A stretch of 24,000 nucleotides of DNA. Source: Methanocaldococcus fervens AG86 (GTDB lineage: Archaea; AGJL01; Methanococci; Methanococcales; Methanocaldococcaceae). The first letter of the stretch is position 1, and every line of letters starts with the position of its first letter. The stretch lies in contig NC_013156.1 of NCBI RefSeq assembly GCF_000023985.1, positions 274,363 through 298,362 of the forward strand. Reading direction: 5' to 3'. Position numbers and translations under genes: made by a program. Positions 16,726-24,000 of this stretch are shown in pieces. The notes under the pieces were generated by a model. It did no database searches, was not told the origin of the DNA, and worked only from the letters and a program-made list of their open reading frames with translations.

Positions 16726-16839
16726 TATAGTTCTTTTTCAAAAGTTAATAAGATTATTAATGAAATCTGAACTCCTTTCTTAAATGGAAGGAGTTCATTT
16801 GTACCTATATATTTCAAGATATTTTTGAAAAGAACTATA
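16726..16839. repeat. Nested inverted repeat in the hflX/DUF364 divergent intergenic region
   Basis: Outer arms are TATAGTTCTTTTTCAAAA (16726-16743) and TTTTTGAAAAGAACTATA (16822-16839), giving 12 + 5 bp with a 1-nt bulge. The inner arms form a perfect 10-bp hairpin: TGAACTCCTT (16768-16777) / AAGGAGTTCA (16788-16797). Confidence 0.7.
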
Positions 16840-16978
16840 ACTTTTTAGTTTATATTATGAAAATTCAATATATAAATTTTACCATCTTAAACTTAAAGTT
16901 TTATATAATCAATAACGATTACATATTGATACAAAAGGTAATTATAATTAATAAAGATTAATAAATATTGGTGAAAAG

Positions 16979-17686
16979 ATGAAAGATGTGAAGGAAGTGT
17001 TAAAAAATCTTGCAGAAGAAAATAATTTGTTAGATGAAGTTGTTGAGATTAAAATATCAGATACAAAATTAGATACAACGAGGATTAAGGATTATCCCCT
17101 AATGAGTGGGAAAGAAATTTTATTGAGGGCTAATTTTAAAGGTTGTTATGGAGATGCATTTACAGATAAGCCAGTTGAGTTTAAAGGAACTTTAAGAGAG
17201 ATTTTAGATAAAGGAAATAGGGCTGAGATAGTTGCCACTTTAAATGCAGTTATGAGATTTCTCGGCTTAATTGATAAAACGGTTCATTGTGTTGGAGACG
17301 AGCCAGAGAGGTGTGCAAAAAAGTTAGTTGAGTATTTAAAAGAATTAAATCCAAAAAGGATTGGGATTATTGGATTTCAGCCAGCATTTGTTAAAGAAAT
17401 TGTTGATAATTTTGGAGCTGAAAATGTTTTAGTTAGTGATTTAAATCCAAATAATGTTGGAAAAGTAAAGTATGGTGTTAAAATAATGCATGGGGATTTT
17501 AATGAAGAGCTTATAAAAAATTCAGATGTTGTTTTAGCTACTGGTTCAACAATAGTAAATGGAACATTTGAGGGGATTTATAAATTATCTAAAAAATACA
17601 ACAAAAGAATTATATTTTATGGAACTTCTATTGCTGGAATGGCTAAAATTTTAGGAGTTGAGAGATTTTGCTATTTAGGAAAATAA
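16979..17686 (+). CDS. DUF364-like Rossmann-fold protein (putative heavy-metal chelation domain family), function unknown
   Basis: 235 aa. The central RIGIIGFQPAFVKEI...VLVSDLNP...DVVLATGSTIVNGT resembles the DUF364/DUF4213 architecture as I recall it. GGTGAAAAG lies upstream of the ATG. Confidence 0.5.
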   Translation: MKDVKEVLKNLAEENNLLDEVVEIKISDTKLDTTRIKDYPLMSGKEILLRANFKGCYGDAFTDKPVEFKGTLREILDKGNRAEIVATLNAVMRFLGLIDKTVHCVGDEPERCAKKLVEYLKELNPKRIGIIGFQPAFVKEIVDNFGAENVLVSDLNPNNVGKVKYGVKIMHGDFNEELIKNSDVVLATGSTIVNGTFEGIYKLSKKYNKRIIFYGTSIAGMAKILGVERFCYLGK

Positions 17687-17709
17687 TTAAAAGATAATTA
17701 AACTTTAAA

Positions 17710-19800
17710 TTAAAAAATTAATTTTTGCTGTCCAAATTTAATCCCCAAATCTTCTAAAATCTTTTTAGTTATCTTTTCTCCAATAATTGAAGCTACTTTT
17801 GAAGGATTGTTTATTATATCTTCAACATTTCTAATTCCAGCATTGTAAAGCTTTCTCGCTCTAACCCTTCCAATGTATTTTACATTTAAAAGCTCAATAA
17901 TATCCTCTTTAGCTCCATATTCCAATCTTATCTCTAACTTTTCTGGAATTTCTGAGTTTTTACCAATTATTTTGGCCATCTCTTTTAAAGCATGCATTAA
18001 CCAAACAGCATTTTCAACTTTATACCTTAAAATCCCCGGCTCAATTTTATATTTCTTTAAAATCTCATCCTCTGGAACTTCACTAATCCAATCATACAAC
18101 ATCTTAGCAGTTTTAAATGCCTCCAAATCTTCGATTTCAAAACTCTTTATTCCAAGGTTTTCCATCTCATCAATCAAATTCAACTCTTCGGATTTATAAA
18201 CTCTCAAATTTGGCATCATCTCTAAAGTTTTTGAGATTAGGTAGAGATAATAAATATCATCCTCATTTTCCATTTCATTTAATCCATCTATCATATATTT
18301 TGCTGACAACGGGTCTATGTAAAGCTCAGCAACTCTCTTCCCTAACTCAGTAGGTATAAAATCTATCATAAATTCCTTCTCCTCTAAAAATCTAATGACT
18401 TCATTAATATTTTTAGCAACCTCCCTTAAATTTCCATATTGATAAGCGTAAAATGTATTTCTTATAAACCATTCTAAATCATACTCATCTCTAATCTCTA
18501 TAGTAGCTATAAGCCCCAATAGCTGAGTTCTTAAAACTGCCTGATTTGAAAGCTTTGAATATATTGGCTCTGGTTTTTGCGTTAATACCTGATAAGACCT
18601 TAAATAATCTCTATCATTCTTTGCCACTATAATTCCCTCACCATAAGGGTCTAAACCTAGTCTTCCAGCCCTTCCTATACATTGCTGAATTTCCATTATT
18701 GGTATATATCTCATCCCTCTATTTGTGTATCTCGTTAAATCTTTAACTATTGCCCTTCTACATGGTAAATTTAGCCCGACGCTAAGGGTCGGAGTGCAAC
18801 AAATAACCTTTATAAGTTTATTTCTAAAGGCATCTTCAACAATCTTTCTATGTTGGTAGGTTAAGCCGGCATGATGAAAGGCAGAGCCGTTTAAGATACA
18901 TTCAGCCAACGTTTTACACATCTCTGTTGGAGGTTCTAAAATAGATAAAATTTCCTCAGCAACTTCTTTTAATTTTCTTTTTTCTTCATTTGTTAAAAAT
19001 TTCTTCAAATTTAATTTTTTTGCCTCATTAACTGCCCCTCTTTTTGTATTGCAAAATACTATGCAACATCCTCCATCTTTTACACAATCAACAACCAAAT
19101 TGTATATATCATTATTGTTAATTGCCTTAATCTCCCTATTTTCCCCATTTATAAATTCTATAATCCCATTCTTGTAAATGCCTTTTTTTAACTCAACTGG
19201 TCTCCAATCATCAACTATAAGCTCAGCATTTAACCAATTAGCTAACTCCTCTGGATTTCCTATAGTGGCTGATAACCCAATAATCTGTATATTAAACTTC
19301 TTCAATTTTGTTAATAAAATCTCTAAAGTTCCTCCTCTCGACTCATCATTAATTAAATGTATTTCATCAACAACAACTACAGAAACATCATCAATCCAGT
19401 CAATTTTATGCCTCCAAAGGGAATCGAGTTTTTCAGCAGTTGTTATTATTAAATGGTATCTACTCAAATCCTCATCTTCATCATAATCTCCAATGGATAA
19501 AGCTACTCTTAATCCATATCTCTCATATTTATTTTTAAATTCTTCGTATTTCTCTGATGCCAATGCCTTTAGAGGCACGATAAAAATACCTTTTTTGTTT
19601 GTAGGATTTTTATTTTCATCCAATAAGTGGTTTATTAAAGCCATTTCCCCAATTAACGTTTTTCCCGAAGCTGTTGGTATGGAAATTAAAAAATTTTTGT
19701 TTTTATCTAATAAACCCTTCTCTAAAGCCTTTTTCTGTGGAGGTCTCAGCTCTTCAATACCAAAATCCTTTAAAATTTCTAAGATTTTATTCGTTGGCAT
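17710..19800 (-). CDS. hel308: Hel308/Hjm (Ski2-like) DNA helicase, intein-free
   Basis: Motif I PTASGKT, motif II VVVDEIH, motif III SAT and motif VI QCIGRAGR are present. The length is 696 aa, with C-terminal winged-helix/ratchet/HhH-like regions. Confidence 0.93.
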   Translation of the reverse strand: MPTNKILEILKDFGIEELRPPQKKALEKGLLDKNKNFLISIPTASGKTLIGEMALINHLLDENKNPTNKKGIFIVPLKALASEKYEEFKNKYERYGLRVALSIGDYDEDEDLSRYHLIITTAEKLDSLWRHKIDWIDDVSVVVVDEIHLINDESRGGTLEILLTKLKKFNIQIIGLSATIGNPEELANWLNAELIVDDWRPVELKKGIYKNGIIEFINGENREIKAINNNDIYNLVVDCVKDGGCCIVFCNTKRGAVNEAKKLNLKKFLTNEEKRKLKEVAEEILSILEPPTEMCKTLAECILNGSAFHHAGLTYQHRKIVEDAFRNKLIKVICCTPTLSVGLNLPCRRAIVKDLTRYTNRGMRYIPIMEIQQCIGRAGRLGLDPYGEGIIVAKNDRDYLRSYQVLTQKPEPIYSKLSNQAVLRTQLLGLIATIEIRDEYDLEWFIRNTFYAYQYGNLREVAKNINEVIRFLEEKEFMIDFIPTELGKRVAELYIDPLSAKYMIDGLNEMENEDDIYYLYLISKTLEMMPNLRVYKSEELNLIDEMENLGIKSFEIEDLEAFKTAKMLYDWISEVPEDEILKKYKIEPGILRYKVENAVWLMHALKEMAKIIGKNSEIPEKLEIRLEYGAKEDIIELLNVKYIGRVRARKLYNAGIRNVEDIINNPSKVASIIGEKITKKILEDLGIKFGQQKLIF

Positions 19801-19959
19801 ATTATCAACCTTTCATTGAAAACTTTCCGAAAACTTATGCCATAAAATATAGTGGGGCTGAACGTAGTGAAGCCCCGCTCTGGAGTATAGCAATAGAGGC
19901 TGTGCCTCTATGCTTCTAAGATTTTGTTCATTGACATATTCTCAACCTTTTATTGAAAA
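19777..19959. repeat. 46-bp imperfect direct repeat (19777-19822 and 19914-19959) duplicating the helicase start region and flanking a ~91-bp insert with two GC-rich hairpins
   Basis: Copy A: TTCTAAGATTTTATTCGTTGGCATATTATCAACCTTTCATTGAAAA. Copy B: TTCTAAGATTTTGTTCATTGACATATTCTCAACCTTTTATTGAAAA. They differ at 5 of 46 positions. Hairpins lie at 19851-19879 (9-bp stem) and 19890-19913 (8 bp + 2 bp, 3-nt loop). Confidence 0.8.
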
Positions 19960-19962
19960 ATG

Positions 19963-20577
19963 TTATTTTTCAGCAGAAATTGCCACAAATCCTCCTTCTC
20001 CATAACCATCCTTAACCTCTACCTTATCAATTTTATTAAACTCTTTAAAAATCGTTTGCGTGGCTTTTATATTTTTAAATCCCAATTCTTTTAGCATTTC
20101 TATAACTTCCTTAGCAGATAAAAATTTTGCATCTTTGTAAAATTTGCTTTTATGCTTTTTTTCTTCATAAATTTTTCCTAAAAAGCTATCTCTATCAATA
20201 ATTCCTATAATTATTTTCCCTCCTTTTTTCAAAACTCTCTTAGCCTCTTTTAACATCTTTTTTGGATTTTCTGCAAACTCTAAAACAGTATTTATTAAAA
20301 TAAAATCAAACTCCTCATCTTTAAAAGGCAGTTCTTCACCCTTTGCTATTACAACCTTTATTCCTCTCTTTTCAGCTATTTTAGCCATTTCTTTTGATAT
20401 ATCAACGCCAATTTTTATATTAAATGGCATGGCAAACCTTCCAGTTCCTACTCCTATCTCCAATCCCTTACCTTTTGGAATATGCTTTCTCAACGCTTCA
20501 ACTTCTGATTTATAAATAATTTCATGTTCATCGAACCATTTATCATATTCTTCAGCGTATTTATCAAAAGGATTCAT
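19963..20577 (-). CDS. Class I SAM-dependent methyltransferase (Methyltransf_11 type)
   Basis: Motif I is GLEIGVGTGRFA. Post-I is VDISKEM. Motif III-like is LKKGGKIIIGI. Confidence 0.85.
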   Translation of the reverse strand: MNPFDKYAEEYDKWFDEHEIIYKSEVEALRKHIPKGKGLEIGVGTGRFAMPFNIKIGVDISKEMAKIAEKRGIKVVIAKGEELPFKDEEFDFILINTVLEFAENPKKMLKEAKRVLKKGGKIIIGIIDRDSFLGKIYEEKKHKSKFYKDAKFLSAKEVIEMLKELGFKNIKATQTIFKEFNKIDKVEVKDGYGEGGFVAISAEK

Positions 20578-21412
20578 ACTTAAAACCCAATTTCTTTATC
20601 TTTTTAATTTCTTTTTTATCAATTTTAACATCCTTGCCAAAGCTAATAAAGTTTATTGCATGAACTGTTTTTTCATAAAATTTAGGATAGGTTATGTTAA
20701 AATCATCATCAACATACCTCAAGAAACTCTCATTTAAAAATAGGCTGTATCCTTCATCAACCAACTCTATAGCCCTGAATGGATTTTTTACTCTTACTTT
20801 AACTTTAAATCTTATCCCCTCTTTCTTTAAAATGTTATAAACTATCCTTTGAGAACTAAATCTTATGCCAACCAAATTTTTGTAATCAAACTCTTTTTTA
20901 CTAACCATTACAAAGTTATCGTAGGCAATTAAAAATATGTTAAAATCACTGCCCCCAACTTCTGACTTTAAAAATCTCTCATCTCCCAACCTGTAAATCC
21001 AATAGCTGTCATCAACTCCTAAAACATCAACAAAACCCATCTTTAACAATTCCAATGCATTATCAAAAGATGTTATTATTGGATTCTCAAATAATACCTT
21101 TGCAATCTCCCCACTAACAAATCCAGAAACTATAAAAAAGTGTTTTTTCAATCTTTTTTTATATAAATTATATGTTTCTAAAATCTCTAAGCCAGTATCT
21201 GTTAAAATTGTTCCATTTGGTGATGAATAATATAGTTTATCCCCTAATTTATCCTCCAATCTTTTTAATTGAATATTAAAAGAAGAAGGGGAGATATTTA
21301 ATAACTTAGAAGCCTCATTTTGGGATTTTGTTTTATGTAAGGCAATTAAAAGCTTTATTTGATTTGGAGTTATTAGTTTTCCTTTATATTCAACAACTAA
21401 ATCGACATCCAT
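20564..21412 (-). CDS. LysR-type HTH transcriptional regulator-like protein
   Basis: The N-terminal ITPNQIKLLIALHKTKSQNEASKLLNISPSSFNIQLKRLEDKLGDKLYYSSPNGTILTDTGLEIL fits the LysR HTH_1 pattern. The 3' end overlaps the methyltransferase start by 14 nt. Confidence 0.7.
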   Translation of the reverse strand: MDVDLVVEYKGKLITPNQIKLLIALHKTKSQNEASKLLNISPSSFNIQLKRLEDKLGDKLYYSSPNGTILTDTGLEILETYNLYKKRLKKHFFIVSGFVSGEIAKVLFENPIITSFDNALELLKMGFVDVLGVDDSYWIYRLGDERFLKSEVGGSDFNIFLIAYDNFVMVSKKEFDYKNLVGIRFSSQRIVYNILKKEGIRFKVKVRVKNPFRAIELVDEGYSLFLNESFLRYVDDDFNITYPKFYEKTVHAINFISFGKDVKIDKKEIKKIKKLGFKYESF

Positions 21413-21415
21413 AGC

Positions 21416-22303
21416 TTACCATCCAATGTTTATTAATTTAGCATCATAGACAATTACTGCATCTCCAATCATATAAACTCCATCATCCTTAATTTCAATT
21501 TCCAAATCTCCACCATCTAAGTGAGCTAAAACCTTATTGCCTGTTTTACCCAGCTTGTGTGCTATTATAACTGAGGCAGTAGTTCCTGTTCCACATGCAG
21601 TTGTGTATCCAGCTCCTCTTTCCCAAGTAATAATTCTAATCTCATTTGGATTTAAAACCTTTACAAAATGCACATTAATCCTTTCTGGAAATGCTTTGTG
21701 ATGCTCTATTTCTTTTCCAATAACGTCTAAATGCTTTCTAACAAAATCTAAATCAATGCCATTATCTTCAACAAATATAACAGCATGTGGATTTCCCACA
21801 TTAACAACACTCAACTTAACCTTAGGCAAATAAGGATTTTTTAACTCCAACTCTCCATTTAAAAACTCATCATCTTCGCTATAGCCATCAACAACCATTG
21901 GTATATCTTTTAATTTAAACTTTGGAACTCCCATGTAGACTTTAATTTTCTTTACCTCATCCCCTTCAATCTCCATTTCAGAAACCCTTAAACCTCCCTT
22001 TGTCTCTACATTTAAAGGATTCTTTTTCATTATCCTCTCATAAACGTATTTTGAGAAGCATCTAATTCCATTACCGCACATCTCCGCCTCAGAACCATCA
22101 CTATTGAATATTCTAAATCTCACATCATATTCATCAGATGTTGGTTTCTGAACAAATATAACTCCATCAGCACCTACTGAAAACCCTCTCCTGCAAATTT
22201 TTTTAGCAAAATAACTTTTTTCTTCTTCCTTAACCTTCTCTCCATCAAACTCATTAATAACGATATAATCGTTCCCCAATGCATGCATCTTTGTAAATTC
22301 CAT
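21416..22303 (-). CDS. dapF: Diaminopimelate epimerase
   Basis: MEFTKMHALGNDYIV is present, with the catalytic Cys motifs MCGNGIRCF and TACGTGTTA. I chose ATG 22303, which has GGTG upstream, over the tracked GTG at 22309. Confidence 0.92.
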   Translation of the reverse strand: MEFTKMHALGNDYIVINEFDGEKVKEEEKSYFAKKICRRGFSVGADGVIFVQKPTSDEYDVRFRIFNSDGSEAEMCGNGIRCFSKYVYERIMKKNPLNVETKGGLRVSEMEIEGDEVKKIKVYMGVPKFKLKDIPMVVDGYSEDDEFLNGELELKNPYLPKVKLSVVNVGNPHAVIFVEDNGIDLDFVRKHLDVIGKEIEHHKAFPERINVHFVKVLNPNEIRIITWERGAGYTTACGTGTTASVIIAHKLGKTGNKVLAHLDGGDLEIEIKDDGVYMIGDAVIVYDAKLINIGW

Positions 22304-22333
22304 TTTCACACCAAAAAATAGTTTTTGTAAGAT

Positions 22334-22600
22334 TTAAATACTTTGAGAAGGTCTTATATTTACTTTATTTAAAGATTTTTCATCTACTACAACAACATCT
22401 TTAATAGCTGTTACGATTCTATATGGAATTAAAACATTTTTTCCTTCTTCTATAGGACTATTTTCAGTAGGTTCAACTTCTAAAGATACTAATCTTCCTA
22501 TCCTTTCATCAAAAATAACATCCTTAACCTTACCCAATATACTACCCATATTTCCCACTACGTTTCTTTCAAATAACAACCTTGCAGGCATTTTTTCCAT
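22334..22600 (-). CDS. PRC-barrel domain protein
   Basis: 88 aa. VVGNMGSILGKVKDVIFDERIGRLVSLEV...VLIPYRIVTAIKDVVVVD fits the PRC-barrel pattern (V....G..lG.v.dv.~d...g.v..l.v.........~p...v......i.v). Confidence 0.7.
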   Translation of the reverse strand: MEKMPARLLFERNVVGNMGSILGKVKDVIFDERIGRLVSLEVEPTENSPIEEGKNVLIPYRIVTAIKDVVVVDEKSLNKVNIRPSQSI

Positions 22601-22601
22601 T

Positions 22602-23201
22602 TTATCCCTCAGAATTTTGTTGATTTTTTAAAAGCATTTCAGCAAATTTTAAATCATCTTTTGTATTAATGTTAAATATTAAATCCTCAATAGCCATAAT
22701 CTCTTCTTTTTGATATTCATGCTTTGGCGATACAACATTTATCCCTACAGGAACTAAGCCATTAAAATCTATTGATGGGTTGGGATATATTTTTTTGGGA
22801 AGCATAACAGCTATTGCCTCGACATCTGGATTTTTAGATTTAATATAGTAAAAGTAATCAACTATACTATTAATAATTTTCGATGTTAAGTTAATCAAAT
22901 CAGAGCTAACAACTAAAAATGGCTCTGAAAAATATTTCATGCATTCATTTAAATCATTTATATAATCTTTACCAGAAGTCTCTACAACTGAGATATTTTT
23001 ATAATCGCAATAATTTTTAATTACATATTCTTTAGTTTTTGGCGTGTTTGGAGATACAGCAACAAATATATTTTTTACCTTTGAACTTAATAAAGGGTAT
23101 AGCACATAATCTATAAGGCATTTACCACAAACTTTAACTATTGGCTTTTCAACATTCCCCATTCTCGTCCCTTTACCACCAGCCATAACTAAGGCATCCA
23201 T
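22602..23201 (-). CDS. cobY: Adenosylcobinamide-phosphate guanylyltransferase (archaeal CobY type nucleotidyltransferase)
   Basis: MDALVMAGGKGTRMG (the NTP-transferase G-loop) and about 200 aa, like M. jannaschii CobY (MJ1117). I chose ATG 23201 because the tracked upstream extension is hydrophobic junk that overlaps the divergent asnB-like start. Confidence 0.8.
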   Translation of the reverse strand: MDALVMAGGKGTRMGNVEKPIVKVCGKCLIDYVLYPLLSSKVKNIFVAVSPNTPKTKEYVIKNYCDYKNISVVETSGKDYINDLNECMKYFSEPFLVVSSDLINLTSKIINSIVDYFYYIKSKNPDVEAIAVMLPKKIYPNPSIDFNGLVPVGINVVSPKHEYQKEEIMAIEDLIFNINTKDDLKFAEMLLKNQQNSEG

Positions 23202-23274
23202 TTTAAAACCTCGCAAGATTATAAAATAAACTATAAATAATAATAGATAACGGCTATTTAAAAATGTGAGAGAC

Positions 23275-24000
23275 ATGTGCTCGATAAGTGGGATAATAGT
23301 TAAAGAAAACCAAATTCCTGCAAAATATGCAATAGAAATGATGAAAATCTTAAAACATAGAGGAAAAGATGGTTCTGGGCTATTATTAGATGATGAAGTA
23401 GTTTACTTTGAAGATTTTAAAGATGTTGAGGATTTAGAGGATGAAATGATTGGAAATTTAAGCTTAGCCCACAACAGATTGGCAATAGTGGGAAAACATG
23501 GAGCTCAGCCAATACCAAATGAAGATGAAGACATATGGATGGTTTGTAATGGGGAAATCTATAACTATATTGAATTAAGGGAATATCTAAAAGAAAATCA
23601 CGAATTTAGAACAGATACCGATAATGAGGTTATAATCCACTTATATGAAGAGAGGATGTTGGAAGAGATAGATGGAGATTATGCATTTGCAATATATGAT
23701 AAATCAGATAATAGTGTTTTGTTATCGAGAGATTTGTTTGGAGTTAAGCCATTGTTTTATGTAGATACAGATAAATATTTTGCATTTGCTTCTGAAAGAA
23801 AGGCGTTATGGCATTTGTTGATAAACATTAATGGCTATGAAAAAGATCTAGATAAATTAAATGGTAAAATTAAAACATTAAAACCAAATTCTCAGCTGAT
23901 TTATTATTTAAGTGATAATAGCTTTGAGATTATTGAAAACTTTAAAAAATTGAAGCTAAATTACATGAAAGAGAGGAGTTATGGAGAAGCTAAGAAATAT
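23275..24000 (+). CDS. Asparagine synthase (glutamine-hydrolysing)-like protein, N-terminal class II GATase domain (3' end outside window)
   Basis: I translated this myself because it is not in the ORF track. It reads MCSISGIIVKEN...HRGKDGSG...LAHNRLAIVGKHGAQPI...VCNGEIYNY...TDTDNEVIIHLYEE...DGDYAFAIYD...SRDLFGVKPLFY...FASERKAL. The frame stays open to nt 24000. The N-terminal Cys nucleophile and the NGEIYN motif are diagnostic. Confidence 0.85.
   Translation, partial: MCSISGIIVKENQIPAKYAIEMMKILKHRGKDGSGLLLDDEVVYFEDFKDVEDLEDEMIGNLSLAHNRLAIVGKHGAQPIPNEDEDIWMVCNGEIYNYIELREYLKENHEFRTDTDNEVIIHLYEERMLEEIDGDYAFAIYDKSDNSVLLSRDLFGVKPLFYVDTDKYFAFASERKALWHLLININGYEKDLDKLNGKIKTLKPNSQLIYYLSDNSFEIIENFKKLKLNYMKERSYGEAKKY

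Noticed and set aside
625-19919. Many 60-140 aa ORFs antisense to or overlapping the large genes (e.g. 625-846, 1539-1760, 2286-2504, 3176-3550, 4176-4457, 4782-4994, 5157-5491, 11121-11534, 13235-13465, 14292-14504, 15614-16252, 17873-18353, 19178-19919)
   Set aside because: All lie within much longer ORFs on the opposite strand or another frame that have clear family motifs. Their products are low-complexity and rich in Ser, Phe, Leu and Ile, which is typical of shadow ORFs in AT-rich DNA.
23202-23276. 25-codon N-terminal extension of the CobY ORF (MSLTFLNSRYLLLFIVYFIILRGFK), which looks like a signal or TM peptide
   Set aside because: Homologues start at MDALxMAGGKGTRMG. The extension overlaps the divergent asnB-like start codon and promoter region and has the composition of translated AT-rich intergenic DNA.

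Overview
AT-rich archaeal window, most likely from a Methanocaldococcus-like methanogen (Methanococcales). That assignment is an inference from gene content and from a repeat closely resembling the M. jannaschii CRISPR repeat as I recall it. Left edge (1-3731): a type III CRISPR effector operon running off the window. It comprises a Cas10-like C-terminus, a Cmr4-like Cas7 RAMP, a small helical Cas11-like protein and a Cas5/Cmr3-like RAMP, the gene order of subtype III-C. The Cas7 gene carries an N-terminal gamma-glutamylcyclotransferase (GGCT/AIG2-like) domain. That domain is interrupted by an in-frame TGA and by a frame change at an A7 run. I regard this fusion as the most novel item in the window. 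Next come archaeal SAM synthetase, a GNAT acetyltransferase with a Pcc1-like N-terminal domain, two tRNA-Gly genes and a ScpA-like kleisin. A 22-repeat CRISPR array follows (7076-8522), transcribed on the minus strand, with an AT-rich leader of about 394 bp (8523-8916). No cas1, cas2, cas6 or CARF genes are visible. The right 15 kb is housekeeping: UbiD-family decarboxylase, UPF0058, GMP synthase subunit B, Kae1-Bud32 fusion, DUF59, C5-epimerase-like protein, TatD-like hydrolase, HflX, DUF364, Hel308 helicase, SAM methyltransferase, LysR-type regulator, DapF, PRC-barrel protein, CobY and a partial asparagine synthase. Smaller oddities are listed as findings: a duplicated spacer, a 13-nt direct repeat bracketing the leader, a nested inverted repeat in the hflX/DUF364 divergent region, and a 46-bp duplication of the helicase 5' end flanking two GC-rich hairpins.
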